Positions 1 to 10,628 of a stretch of 29,320 nucleotides of DNA are shown here, piece after piece. Made by a program: the position numbers and the translations under genes. Numbering within the stretch: position 1 is the first letter of the stretch; every line of letters begins with the position of its first letter. A model generated the notes under the pieces. It ran no database searches. It was not told the DNA's origin and saw only the letters and a program-made list of their open reading frames with translations. The stretch lies in IMG/VR virus record IMGVR_UViG_3300014165_000013, positions 1 through 29,320 of that record; one strand, written 5' to 3'. The DNA is from a virus (lineage: Duplodnaviria; Caudoviricetes).

Positions 1-1110
1 AATCAAAGCAATCCTGGTAGTACTCTAAGTGCACCAACTAATCAATCTTTAGGGGGTGATGTAGGTGCTGTTCCTTCTGATTTTGTCCCACTGCATAATT
101 TAACAGTGCCCCCGGCTGCCCAGCAAGCCTTGACTCCTGGCATTGTTATTACGACAAATTTAGATGCCACACCGTGGTATCAAGATACGACATTAGTCAC
201 TGGTAATAAGCGCATCCGCTCCTTCGTTACCCCAGTTTCTTTCGTTCTGATTTTAAAGAACAAGAATGGTGTAGCTCTTTGCAATCAATCTACGGCGGAT
301 GGGACGGCACATGGACAGCCCATACAGGTACAATTGAATGCTTCGATTAGGAATTTTCAGAAGACCTCCAAGCACGTCTACAATAAGCAACAAGGGCGAA
401 CCGGTTGGCATGTCACCATGTGGGGGATGCAGGCTGACTTAATAGAAGGTCAATGTACTACCGGTGTCTTCATGAACCAGTTGGGATTAACCGATTTTCT
501 GAGCACCGCGCAGGTCAGTACAGATCTTGTAGCAGTTTTAAACAAAGGGTTTTGGGCGTTGGAAACCGATTCAGCTGGGGATGTTCAAGTCGAAAATGCT
601 GAAGGGAATCAAATGTTTTCAGGGAGTACAAGTTCTTTTCGAGTAGCGGCCCAAGATGCTTTCGTAGAACTTCTCTCTTTGTTCAAAAACAATGGTAACA
701 TCTGGTTTCGCACGGATAACAACACCGGATCTCTTTCTGGGGATCAGATGTCCGGGGTTTCAGCGTGGTCACCGACATTGGGCATCAGTAGTCAGCAAGG
801 GCATAGTAGAAACAATGATGTGTTCGCTCGTGGGGCTATCGCTATGACTTTGAAGGATAGCACTTACCTCGGCTATTTCAAGTCATTGCAATGGACGCAG
901 GACGCAAAAGATCCCTTTCAGTGGCATTTCAGCTTTGTGTTTCAAGTGGAGCGTACCATTACGCTGCTCGAACTTCCACCAACATCAACAGGGACTTCAA
1001 GCAGTGTTTATATTCCGACGAGTGGAACTAGCAATGTGCCTATCGGTCCAGTTGCAGTCGGTCCTTCGGCAACAGTTTCCACTTTGCCAAATACGATTTC
1101 TAACACATAA
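1..1110 (+). CDS. Tail-tube-initiator/baseplate-tube junction-like protein (5'-partial), paralog of the next gene
   Basis: Frame is open from base 1 (NQSNPGSTLSAPT...), so the real start lies upstream of the window, not at GTG 106. Motifs LNAS...RTGWHVTMWG...GLTDF and YLGYFKSLQWTQDAKDPFQWHFSFVF resemble tube-fold baseplate proteins. Located just before the hub gene. Confidence 0.6.
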   Translation, partial: NQSNPGSTLSAPTNQSLGGDVGAVPSDFVPLHNLTVPPAAQQALTPGIVITTNLDATPWYQDTTLVTGNKRIRSFVTPVSFVLILKNKNGVALCNQSTADGTAHGQPIQVQLNASIRNFQKTSKHVYNKQQGRTGWHVTMWGMQADLIEGQCTTGVFMNQLGLTDFLSTAQVSTDLVAVLNKGFWALETDSAGDVQVENAEGNQMFSGSTSSFRVAAQDAFVELLSLFKNNGNIWFRTDNNTGSLSGDQMSGVSAWSPTLGISSQQGHSRNNDVFARGAIAMTLKDSTYLGYFKSLQWTQDAKDPFQWHFSFVFQVERTITLLELPPTSTGTSSSVYIPTSGTSNVPIGPVAVGPSATVSTLPNTISNT

Positions 1111-2246
1111 TGGCACAGTCTAGTCAAAACGATTTCAGCGATGTCACGTTAACGACACCCAACAATGCCGGCATCTCGCCGATACAGTTGCCAATCCGTG
1201 GCGAGAAGCGTCTTGTTCCGAATTACCAAAGTCTTTCCGCTTTGCAGGCACAGGCCGATGCGAATGCTCAAAAGTTGGGGCGAGATACAAGCACCGCACC
1301 AGATATAGACAACGATGATTTCTTCATTTCCGCAGATGACCGGGCGGTTTTAAATCTCTACGAATACATACAGGTTCGTATCCCTCATCGTGGTTTTACG
1401 AATGGACAACCGGATCCTAATTCCACCGGAGTTTTTACTTTCCTGGTAAATCCCACCACCATGAACGTCACCCGTGCGGCAGTAGATGCTCAGTCGATGA
1501 CCCGTGAGGGTTGGCAATTCGGTGTTTGGGGTGAGGATATGGTTCAGATATCACTTACTGGGCAAACTGCTGGGCAGTATTTTGCAGCGGGTTTAACCGA
1601 TGCTTTCCAACCATTTTCAGAATCGTATCGAAATCTGACCCAGTTAGTCATGGTGTACGAGAACAATGGGTACTGGTTTGAAGGAGAAGAATTAGGAGAA
1701 GGGCCGTTGGCTGCTCCTGATTTTACACGTCGTCGCATCAAGATGCACCAAGATGTGGATTTGGTGGTAGGAAATTTTTTCTGGTCAGGTATGTTTGACA
1801 CTCTAACCGTTTCCCAAGATGCAGAAAAACCATTTTTGGCTGATTTCACTATCACTTTCATTGCTTGGAAAGAACGTTTTCGACCTTCTTCTCCTTGGTT
1901 GGATAGCATCCATAATGACCTGGAACGAGGCCATGCTTACTCGCAATATCAAAATACCAACCAACAACAGACACAGACGCAATCTTCGCCGCCCGCAGTA
2001 ACACCAGGTCAACCAGGGATTGGGTACACGCCAGGGCAAACGACTTCTTCCCCAGGAGTTTCGCCTTCGGTAGCAAGTTTGCCTTCTTCTGGTACTACGG
2101 CTCCAACCGTTGCTCCTGCTACAAATGCGTATGGTTACGTTGCAGCCAACTGTGTTTCTTCAAATACAAGTTCGATGGATCAATCTCCTACTGCGGATAT
2201 TTATAATCCTCTTTCACCCACATCCATTTTCGCGAGTGCAAATTAA
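1110..2246 (+). CDS. Tail-tube-initiator/baseplate-tube junction-like protein with S/T/P/Q-rich C-terminal tail
   Basis: 378 aa, TAATG-coupled. Motifs FLVNPTTM...TREGWQFGVWG...GLTDAF and WSGMFDTLTVSQDAEKPFLADFTITF align by eye with the upstream ORF. Confidence 0.62.
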   Translation: MAQSSQNDFSDVTLTTPNNAGISPIQLPIRGEKRLVPNYQSLSALQAQADANAQKLGRDTSTAPDIDNDDFFISADDRAVLNLYEYIQVRIPHRGFTNGQPDPNSTGVFTFLVNPTTMNVTRAAVDAQSMTREGWQFGVWGEDMVQISLTGQTAGQYFAAGLTDAFQPFSESYRNLTQLVMVYENNGYWFEGEELGEGPLAAPDFTRRRIKMHQDVDLVVGNFFWSGMFDTLTVSQDAEKPFLADFTITFIAWKERFRPSSPWLDSIHNDLERGHAYSQYQNTNQQQTQTQSSPPAVTPGQPGIGYTPGQTTSSPGVSPSVASLPSSGTTAPTVAPATNAYGYVAANCVSSNTSSMDQSPTADIYNPLSPTSIFASAN

Positions 2247-5116
2247 TGTTCATTCCCAGCAACTCGCCGCTATCAGCTCCTCCGACCATAAGTTTGACAA
2301 ATACTTTGCCACCGGCAGAAGTGTCAGTTCCGGCTCAGACCACGTTGCCTCCGGCTTCCTCACTCGCTTTTCCTACACCAACAGCTCCACCGGCCACGCC
2401 ACCGTCTAACACTATTCGGAATTTCATCCAGACGACTCAGGAACGGACCATAAATAAAACTGCTCCTGACATCATTGTGTTTTTGGATGGTTTTCCATAT
2501 CTCATCAATCCGTATTTGAATCCTGATGGGGCACAGCCTAGTGCGGGCACGGTTGCCCAAGGTGTGATCGTAAATTTCAACAACTTTGTTCAAAATTTCA
2601 ATGTTGGTTACGACGTTGATAACATGGTACCGACTGGCTCTATAGGATTGTCCATCCCGAACTATGCCGCTCATCTCTTTCAATCTCCGGGTGGCAATAA
2701 TCTCGTTCAAAGCATGATGCAAGTGCAGGTTTTTGCAAAGGGTTACTGGTTCTCACCCCGTGGTAACACTATTTACTACAGGGTCTTCAAAGGTTTGACA
2801 GCCCATATCAACCATACGGACAACGGTAAAACTTTGGAGATTTTGATTCAGATCAAAGGGATTCTGCGCTTTCTGGAAATGATGCAAGTAGATATTCACC
2901 CGGCGCTGCTTTCTAACACTAACCGACAAGCCGAAATCCTACAGACCGATCAATGGGCTTTAGATCCTTACGAACAGATTGCAGACACTTTTTGTCGGAG
3001 TGTAACTTTTGAGGGTTTCCAACTCAACACCATCGCAAACAAAGGCCAGACCGTGGCAGGTGAAATCTACGCTAATGCGGTTGCTGCTAATTATTGCGTG
3101 AAGTGGCAGTCTATCTTAAACAGTATCCTCGCGGATGTCCACATAATGGGCTACCTCGGAACGAATTTGACAAATGCCTCCATCAACACTGTGACAGCAT
3201 ACAACGCGGCTCGCGGTAGGAAAGCAGACAAGGTGCGGTCTACCGCGCAATCTACATATAGCACAACGTCCGTCACTGATCCTAAACGCGATGTGTATGT
3301 TTCTGCGTTGCGTGGGTACACTCCTGATTTCAAAGTTGCTACTGTTACTTTGATCAATGGGGGCATCACGCCGCGCCTAGAGCGCATTCGTAACATTTTG
3401 CACACTATCGGTTTCGAAGGATTCCAAGATCTTAATGGTGAGATAGTTTTCAAAGCGCCATTGTACAATTTGGACGTGACTAACCTGACTCCGTCTCCCA
3501 CTAACGATGCAACTCTCGGAAAATCTCCTATCGATAGTGTAACGGCGGCTACTAACCCATTCGTTGTATATCTGGATGAGATTCTGAGTGAAAGTGAAAC
3601 TGAGGATGAAGGGGCGATTCAAAATACCCGCATGTCCATTCAAGGAACATTTTCGCGTGCGTACCAAGTGGATATTCAAGGTTCATTAAGAGCTGCAGTT
3701 TCTCACATAGATCTTCCAAAGTTATCGCATTTCGGCCTTCGCGAACAACCGGCTCGCACCATACCTTGGGTTGAACAGACTGATACATTTTTGATGTACG
3801 CTTATGCGGTGAACGAATTAGTGCGTTCTAATCGAGGTTGGCGGACTTATACCTTTACGATTCCAATGCGCCCTGAGTTGCATATCGGATTTCCGATGTA
3901 TCTTCCACATCGCGATATGTACGGGTACATAAAATCTATCTCCTTAAACTACGCGATTTCTGGAACGGCGACAATGACCATCTTGCTAGATACACTCCGC
4001 AAGCGGCCCATGTTCCCATCTGTGCAACAGAATAATCAGTCGGTTTTGACCACGCAACCTAATTTGGTGATGAAGTGGACTAATCCACCAGCACAAAACT
4101 CGGCATCAAGCAATTCTACTTATACCGGCACCAATCCTCTTTATCAGGGAACGACTGGATTCTTAGGCAATCTCCTTGACAGTTCTAGCACAGCTCCAAG
4201 TCCTTCAGCTCGAAGTTCTTCGAATGCAGCCATCCCATCTAATAACCCAAGTGTGAATTTTATGGGTGATTCGCCAACCCAACTTTTGCCATCGGATGCC
4301 CCAGTGTACGCAGAAACAGAAGCATTAGCCGACTGGTATAAGAATCATATGGGGACAGATTGGTCTACGCGGGGTGACACAAAAGCACACAGTTTCCGGG
4401 TGCAACTTGACACTGATGGGCCAGGAGGTAATAGCCCTTATTTTAGCGCAGCAAATATCATAGGACCAATGGGAGCCGCAACTGGCGGAGGTGTGGCAGG
4501 TTCAACTGCTTCCGGAGGTAATACAGGTTCCACAGGCGCTGCCCAAAGTGGTATGACTGCCGGTTATTTTCGGAAGATCGTAACTTATCAACCGTTCACA
4601 GACGAGAAAGGTTACGAAGTTGTCGGTGTTTTTCCATTGGGCCGCTGGAAGAGCCTGGTGCAAGCCTATAAAGAAACTCGTGAAGGGAAGATTGGAGGTT
4701 ATACGAGTCCAGAGGCAGCAGCGCAAATAAATTCTACAAATGCCGCTCTGTTTGCAGGACTATATTGCCCCAGTTCGGAGGCTTCGTCAGTATTGTTACA
4801 GCAACAACAGACTGTTTCGAACGAATTGATGAATGACTCTTCATTCGAACTTGAATGGGCGCAGCCGAATGCACCGGGAGGAGATGCATCGTTAACTAGT
4901 CAGGCTCAGCCCGACAATGTGCCAGCAGCAGGTTCAGATGCTGCCATAGAGTTAGCTTTGAAGAATCAATTGACTAACACGGTGAATGTGTTTCTTACTG
5001 GCACACCTCCGTCATCACCTTCTACTTTGCAGGAGATAGACATTGCTCTTCAGAATAACACGGCAACCACAACAGATACTGTTGTGAATGATTTTAAGAA
5101 TCTGTTGAAGCCATAA
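2246..5116 (+). CDS. Baseplate hub protein (T4 gp27/gpD/VgrG-N-like)
   Basis: 956 aa. Hub-type segments YYRVFKGLTAHINHTDNG, EGFQDLNGEIVFKAPLY, HFGLRE and TFTIPMRPELHIGFPMYLPHRDMYGYIKSISLNY. Lies directly before the spike gene. Confidence 0.7.
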   Translation: MFIPSNSPLSAPPTISLTNTLPPAEVSVPAQTTLPPASSLAFPTPTAPPATPPSNTIRNFIQTTQERTINKTAPDIIVFLDGFPYLINPYLNPDGAQPSAGTVAQGVIVNFNNFVQNFNVGYDVDNMVPTGSIGLSIPNYAAHLFQSPGGNNLVQSMMQVQVFAKGYWFSPRGNTIYYRVFKGLTAHINHTDNGKTLEILIQIKGILRFLEMMQVDIHPALLSNTNRQAEILQTDQWALDPYEQIADTFCRSVTFEGFQLNTIANKGQTVAGEIYANAVAANYCVKWQSILNSILADVHIMGYLGTNLTNASINTVTAYNAARGRKADKVRSTAQSTYSTTSVTDPKRDVYVSALRGYTPDFKVATVTLINGGITPRLERIRNILHTIGFEGFQDLNGEIVFKAPLYNLDVTNLTPSPTNDATLGKSPIDSVTAATNPFVVYLDEILSESETEDEGAIQNTRMSIQGTFSRAYQVDIQGSLRAAVSHIDLPKLSHFGLREQPARTIPWVEQTDTFLMYAYAVNELVRSNRGWRTYTFTIPMRPELHIGFPMYLPHRDMYGYIKSISLNYAISGTATMTILLDTLRKRPMFPSVQQNNQSVLTTQPNLVMKWTNPPAQNSASSNSTYTGTNPLYQGTTGFLGNLLDSSSTAPSPSARSSSNAAIPSNNPSVNFMGDSPTQLLPSDAPVYAETEALADWYKNHMGTDWSTRGDTKAHSFRVQLDTDGPGGNSPYFSAANIIGPMGAATGGGVAGSTASGGNTGSTGAAQSGMTAGYFRKIVTYQPFTDEKGYEVVGVFPLGRWKSLVQAYKETREGKIGGYTSPEAAAQINSTNAALFAGLYCPSSEASSVLLQQQQTVSNELMNDSSFELEWAQPNAPGGDASLTSQAQPDNVPAAGSDAAIELALKNQLTNTVNVFLTGTPPSSPSTLQEIDIALQNNTATTTDTVVNDFKNLLKP

Positions 5117-5119
5117 ATT

Positions 5120-7585
5120 ATGCGCACGGCTAGAGATAATTCATTGATGTATCGGCAAGATCCAAACCAGCAAACGCGAGCACAGAATGAATCCCAACTT
5201 TTCATAGCGCGAGTGCTTTCAGTAGATTACGAACACAAGGTTTGTTCGTTGTTGGATCTGCGTAATGACTTGCTCTACGCCGATGTCTCAGTGATGCCAG
5301 CTAACGCTTCTGGCCTCGATAGCACCGATGTTCAGATGCCTGAAACCGGCACATTATGTTTGGCTGCGCCATTGTATTATGCTGGGGGTTTCACCCAAGT
5401 TGGCATTGTTACATACGTAATTTCGGAATCCCTTCGCGCTCAGGATTCTATCGCTTTTCGTGGGGCGGAAGGTGTAGAAGGATTTCAATATCGTAAACGT
5501 GGCACCTACAGGAAAGCCTACCCCGGCCAGAAAGCTGCTACATTCACTAATGGTTACAGCGAGCTGATCGATAATGGATGGGACCGCAATGGACAAGATC
5601 TTACAAGAGATAAAGTAGATCCGGACCGTCATGCTTGGATTCAGATGACTGGTCGCCGGGTCACTTACACGGACGCGGGTATCAGTTTCCACGGGCCTAT
5701 CAATCGTCCCAGTGGGGCTGCGGGCAGCATTGGCGTGACTGGTGCGACTGGGCCTATCAAGCCTCGTCTTTTGCCGGATGGTTCTAAAGAATGGGTTGTC
5801 TATCTCCAGCCTGGGGCAAATCTTTCTGATCGTTACATTTCCAACGCTCAAGATGTTATCCCATTTGCAGAGGATACCGAACGGATCCAAGAATACTCGT
5901 TAGACTATCCACTGCCCTATGAAATTCTGGAGACGGCGCTGTTCGATACAGCGTTGGGGACAATCGCGGATCCTTGGGCACGTACTACCATCAATCAAAC
6001 GACTGTGGGAGCTACCGGGGCGACCGGCCCGAGTCTCGTCATTTCCCACGACAATGAATCCTTTGCTATCAATCAAGGTGTAGACCACCCAAATTCACGA
6101 ACGTTGAAAGCGGTTGGGCCTACGATTGGTGATGGGCCTACTCCCGGACGCCGCGCTTTCATTCTAGAACGGACAGCCGGCACTTTGGTTGGATACAATT
6201 TGTTTGACCAAGTCACTTACGGTAATGTTCTCAAGCCAGTCTTGTTCCCTTACACCCAGGCGGGGCGTTTTGGAAGTAATGTGCAATCCAGTTATCTGCC
6301 GGTTGTGGATTCTCCGGATCACACGGAAGCACGACTGGCTGCTTCTGCCCTAGCTAATCGGTTTCCCGCTGAGTACAACACTACAAGATGGGACGTCACT
6401 AAAGAAGGATTCACGTCCTTCGAAATAGGCTCGACAATGCCCAAGGAAAACGTTCCTTTGGCGGGGCAGCCCACTTCCTGGAGTGGAAAAGGACCGGAAC
6501 CTATAGCTGGATATGAACACCCCCACGGTGCGGGCCGTTCGTTGGAAGGCCACTTAGTCGGTTCTCTGAAGTTGGTTATAGGAAAGAATCGTGACGAAGA
6601 AGATGCCATTGATTTACAGGCATTAGGACAGACCGTTCTCCGGTTGGGAGCGGATGACTCTTCGCTGCCCAATCCTTTAGGAGCAACTAGACGCACGGTT
6701 CTAACCCAGATACGCGGTCAGAAGGATCAAGTCCTACAACGGACTTTGCAATATTGGAAGAATCCGAAATATGGACCGGGGGATCCCGGTGATCTGGCGA
6801 ATAAGACCGGATTTGAAAATGTTTCTTTGCGGGCCGCCATGGATGGCGCAGCGGTTATTCGCTTGGGTGCTCGCAGCCCACTCGCCAAACGTCGGCATTT
6901 CCAAAATGGATATGTAGATGGACCGGGTACGAAAGTTTGGGCTGTAACGGATCCAGCCCGTGTGGACTCGAAATCCCCAGGACGACCAACTTACGGGGCG
7001 GGGGACAACGTCTATGCATTTCATGACCTAACACAAGTAGGAACTCCACCGCCGAACTCGGGAACGTCGATTAGCTTCAATCAGGCTCCTTACATTTCGA
7101 GCGGTCCCCCTGTAACAAGTATGGATGCCTCGGGGTTGTCCTTTGACTTACATACGGTGCAGGACGTTCTGTTGCGGTTGGGGAAGAATTTGACGTCAGG
7201 CCAATCCCTGCTTCTAGATTTAGCAGGTGGGCTTGTCGCGGCACTCGGTAAAGATAGCCAGGGACGTTCAATAACGGCTGCTCTCGATGGAGGAATCGAA
7301 ATTACTATCCTACCAAATGCCCAAGGTAAGGCTTTACGCCTTAACATCATAGGAGACATTGACGTTTCACATCAGGGGCATTTCCACTATAACTGTACGG
7401 GCGACATTATCTCAGAATGTACGACAATGAGCAGCATTGTAAAAACAGATCGCTTCATGAAACAGACGAACAGCTTCACTAAGACCAACGGGCAGGTTGT
7501 AAATGAGTCTCCAACTCTTGGAAATAGTGAAGGATTTAGACCAGCCAGTGGCGAAAATAGCCTTGGAGATGGGTTAGACGTATAA
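5120..7585 (+). CDS. Baseplate central spike protein (gp5/gpV-like; OB-fold N-terminus, beta-strand-repeat C-terminus)
   Basis: 821 aa. N-terminal FIARVLSVDYEHKVCSLLD...QMPETGTLCL is typical of spike OB folds. The C-terminus has stacked short beta repeats (LRLNIIGDIDVSHQGHFHYNCTGDIISEC). Follows the hub gene. Confidence 0.65.
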   Translation: MRTARDNSLMYRQDPNQQTRAQNESQLFIARVLSVDYEHKVCSLLDLRNDLLYADVSVMPANASGLDSTDVQMPETGTLCLAAPLYYAGGFTQVGIVTYVISESLRAQDSIAFRGAEGVEGFQYRKRGTYRKAYPGQKAATFTNGYSELIDNGWDRNGQDLTRDKVDPDRHAWIQMTGRRVTYTDAGISFHGPINRPSGAAGSIGVTGATGPIKPRLLPDGSKEWVVYLQPGANLSDRYISNAQDVIPFAEDTERIQEYSLDYPLPYEILETALFDTALGTIADPWARTTINQTTVGATGATGPSLVISHDNESFAINQGVDHPNSRTLKAVGPTIGDGPTPGRRAFILERTAGTLVGYNLFDQVTYGNVLKPVLFPYTQAGRFGSNVQSSYLPVVDSPDHTEARLAASALANRFPAEYNTTRWDVTKEGFTSFEIGSTMPKENVPLAGQPTSWSGKGPEPIAGYEHPHGAGRSLEGHLVGSLKLVIGKNRDEEDAIDLQALGQTVLRLGADDSSLPNPLGATRRTVLTQIRGQKDQVLQRTLQYWKNPKYGPGDPGDLANKTGFENVSLRAAMDGAAVIRLGARSPLAKRRHFQNGYVDGPGTKVWAVTDPARVDSKSPGRPTYGAGDNVYAFHDLTQVGTPPPNSGTSISFNQAPYISSGPPVTSMDASGLSFDLHTVQDVLLRLGKNLTSGQSLLLDLAGGLVAALGKDSQGRSITAALDGGIEITILPNAQGKALRLNIIGDIDVSHQGHFHYNCTGDIISECTTMSSIVKTDRFMKQTNSFTKTNGQVVNESPTLGNSEGFRPASGENSLGDGLDV

Positions 7586-10491
7586 TGGCCGTTCCCTCAA
7601 ATTTACAAGGTGCAGAACTTTGGCCGATTAAAGTCCAAGGGGCGATCAATCGCTACAACGTCCTTGGGGATCCCGAGGTCGAGCAGTTTTATCACGCGGC
7701 GATAGAGGATGGACGGAAGTTAGAGAAAAGTATCTCGGATGCACAGCATGTATTACAGCAGAAAATTCTAGCCTATCAATCTCGGGTGCAAACGTGGCTT
7801 AAGATGCATCTTTTGGCGACGGACGGCGAGTTTCCTACCCCGGCTCGCAAGCCGAAATACATTGCAGATGCTATCACCATAATCCAGCAGGTTCAGAAGT
7901 TCCAAAAGGAAGGTGCGTTGCTGATAGCGACGGTCATAAAGAACATCACCATCCTCACGACCATGGAACAGAATCTGATCGGAATGGTGCAGGCAAACTT
8001 AAACGCCGTGGCCAATCTATTGAACTCCGTCTGTAACTGGGGATTACCTCGGATCCCTTCCATACCGAACTTGCTTGCTGACGGCATGTTCAACTGGAAT
8101 GGTTTCAATTTCTCGCCGTTGTCTACATTCGTTAAGATCCTAACCACGGTGCCTAAGTTTTCGCTTAACTTCTCGTTTAGTCAATGCACAATTGTGAACT
8201 CGGTCTTGGCTGATCTTACTGCCTTGGGGGTCCTCGGCTCCAACGTTCCTCCCCAGGTGGTGCAGTACAGCGGAAACTCTTTCGGGACTCTTTCGTACTT
8301 GCCACCACTGTCAGGTGCAACGCTAGGGGACAACTTTAATCCGAACTCATCTATGCTCGGGAGTCTACCGGATCCCAGCACGATCACAAACGATTACTCT
8401 CTGCCGCCCCAGACTTATCTGGACAACATCGTGTCTATTGTACCGGCTACACGGGGCAATGTCATCGAACCTTCGGACCCAGATTATGGCGACCCAAATG
8501 TGGCTGCTCGGCAGGCCGCGCTTCGGGCCTCATTGGTTGCAAGTTGTAACTTGGGGCAGGTCGTAGCTTCAAACTTTGACCCTAATACTACAGCGGAATG
8601 GCTGCTTTACCTAAATTCTACGCGCACCGGGCGCGGCGGTGTTTGGATTCCGAACTTCCAAGAAGTGTACTCTAGCTTGGTCACACCGTCTGTGAACTAC
8701 CTTTTACAGACTCCTATTCCCTGGAATGATGCTACTGGCACAGTGGTGGATGCACCACTGGCTATTCCTCTTCTCACCACTTTGACACAAGCGGCTCCTT
8801 CCGCTCAGGCCAATCTCCTGTGGAGACTCTCATACATTGAAGCGGCCCTGTTAGGTTATACTCGGAACCACACTTGGGACTATGGGGCGGATCCTTCTTA
8901 TTTGAGTGGATTTACTGGTTTTGACGAAGATTATCGTGTTACGGCCATAGACTTGACAACCACTAACACAGTAATCTTGGGAGAAGGTACGGCTCAATTT
9001 CCAGTTCCGTGCACATTCCCAGCTGCGATCGCGGCGAACATGGCTATCGTTATTGCTGAGGCAACGGCCAATATTGCAAACGATCCGACGTTCCAATCCA
9101 GCAGTCCACAATTTCGCTTTACTTTCAGCCCGCAAGCTATAGCTACGAAGGTGGATCGTTTCACACAGTTCTGGCGCGAATTCAACGACAATCTCATCAT
9201 CCTCCTAGCCCAAGATCCATACCTGTTGGGTTTTGTAGCGACTTACTCGGACGCTCTAGACTCCGCTGTTGACCCGTTGGGGGATCCAACTGATTACGCC
9301 GTCATCCAATCGGACGTGGCTTCGAGAAACCGTATGTGGACGCCGGGTACCCCCTTGTTGAATATTCCGGTGGCTCCAGTCTTGACAGTCACAAACAACA
9401 GTGTCCCTACGGTATCAGACAGCGGTTGGACGAATCCACCTTTTGCTCTTGATCCGGCTGCTTTCCTTTCACGCCCAGACATACAAGCACAGCCAATGAC
9501 CGTGCAAATGGCAATGTTGCGCCTGAATCTGACTTATGCAGCCCTCAACACAGGCCTGCAGGCAACTCTAACCGAAATCGCAACTCAGATCGCTACCTCA
9601 AACAACATCATCGCAGCGGCCCAGGCCGCGCAAACCGGATTTCAGGTTGAATCTTCGTCAACCACCACGTTTGTACCGGCTGGTATGACCGGAACGGCTG
9701 TTGAATTTGATGAGATTGAGTTTGATGTCACGGGCAACGTAGACCCTACTCCTTATCCTTACACCACGTTTACTATTCAATCTGCTGGCGCATATGCCGG
9801 ATTTGGGGAGCTGTATTGGACTGAAGGGAGTGTCCCTGGTGTCCTAACTTTGATCATAATGCAGAATGGCGACCCAATTTACGATCTGACGAGTAACGAT
9901 GACTCGGTACCCCTCCAATTTTCTTTTGCCGGTAACTTTAATGCAGGTGACATAGTTCAGGTTATTGTAAACGATGAATTAGCTGACGCCGAAATCCTAC
10001 CCCAAAGTTATTTTGGGATGCTTCAATCCTCGCCCGCACCCGGTCCAACGATACCCGTCGTCCAGACGGATGTTTCCAAGACATTTACGGCGGGTGAAGC
10101 TATCTCGGCTCTGACAGTTGTTCATATCGCGTACAATGAGACACCAGCGGTTGTAACGCCTGTAGATCCAACCACGGTACTCCAAGTCAATGGAAACACA
10201 GTAATTCCCTTTGCCGATGGGGTTGTGTTGGCGAATGTTGCCAGCGGAGCGAATGCCAATGTTGCCACTTACTATGGCGGAGTGTATCAGATCACCACAA
10301 ATCCAGTATTGAACTGGACGGTTGGTGGATTGCTTTTTGTAGGATCCAACGGTCAGATGACGCAGGACTACGAGAGCCTCATAAGCGGCTCAACACCGGT
10401 TCAGTGGATCATCTGTTGCGGGAGAGCCATCGCAACTGATACTTTCATCTGGGAGCCTCACATTCCGTCGAGATTCAATATGACCTTCTAA
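7585..10491 (+). CDS. Large virion structural protein; helical N-terminus, C1q-like jelly roll and capsid-cement (DUF2190-like) C-terminal module
   Basis: 968 aa, TAATG-coupled. AVEFDEIEFDVTGN...TFTIQSAGAY...FNAGDIVQV resembles C1q/BclA-C. FTAGEAISALTVVH...DGVVLANVASGANANV...WTVGGLLFVGSNGQMT resembles cement-type domains. Confidence 0.55.
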   Translation: MAVPSNLQGAELWPIKVQGAINRYNVLGDPEVEQFYHAAIEDGRKLEKSISDAQHVLQQKILAYQSRVQTWLKMHLLATDGEFPTPARKPKYIADAITIIQQVQKFQKEGALLIATVIKNITILTTMEQNLIGMVQANLNAVANLLNSVCNWGLPRIPSIPNLLADGMFNWNGFNFSPLSTFVKILTTVPKFSLNFSFSQCTIVNSVLADLTALGVLGSNVPPQVVQYSGNSFGTLSYLPPLSGATLGDNFNPNSSMLGSLPDPSTITNDYSLPPQTYLDNIVSIVPATRGNVIEPSDPDYGDPNVAARQAALRASLVASCNLGQVVASNFDPNTTAEWLLYLNSTRTGRGGVWIPNFQEVYSSLVTPSVNYLLQTPIPWNDATGTVVDAPLAIPLLTTLTQAAPSAQANLLWRLSYIEAALLGYTRNHTWDYGADPSYLSGFTGFDEDYRVTAIDLTTTNTVILGEGTAQFPVPCTFPAAIAANMAIVIAEATANIANDPTFQSSSPQFRFTFSPQAIATKVDRFTQFWREFNDNLIILLAQDPYLLGFVATYSDALDSAVDPLGDPTDYAVIQSDVASRNRMWTPGTPLLNIPVAPVLTVTNNSVPTVSDSGWTNPPFALDPAAFLSRPDIQAQPMTVQMAMLRLNLTYAALNTGLQATLTEIATQIATSNNIIAAAQAAQTGFQVESSSTTTFVPAGMTGTAVEFDEIEFDVTGNVDPTPYPYTTFTIQSAGAYAGFGELYWTEGSVPGVLTLIIMQNGDPIYDLTSNDDSVPLQFSFAGNFNAGDIVQVIVNDELADAEILPQSYFGMLQSSPAPGPTIPVVQTDVSKTFTAGEAISALTVVHIAYNETPAVVTPVDPTTVLQVNGNTVIPFADGVVLANVASGANANVATYYGGVYQITTNPVLNWTVGGLLFVGSNGQMTQDYESLISGSTPVQWIICCGRAIATDTFIWEPHIPSRFNMTF

Positions 10492-10628
10492 CAACTAGCA
10501 CGGAACACCAGGATTGTCTACGGGAATGTCCTAAGTGCATACGGGACGAAGTACAATGCACCGATTGTGTCATGCAGCAAGTCTAGCTGATTTGCTTGGT
10601 CCTTCAGTAGATTGTATTGGAGGCAACA

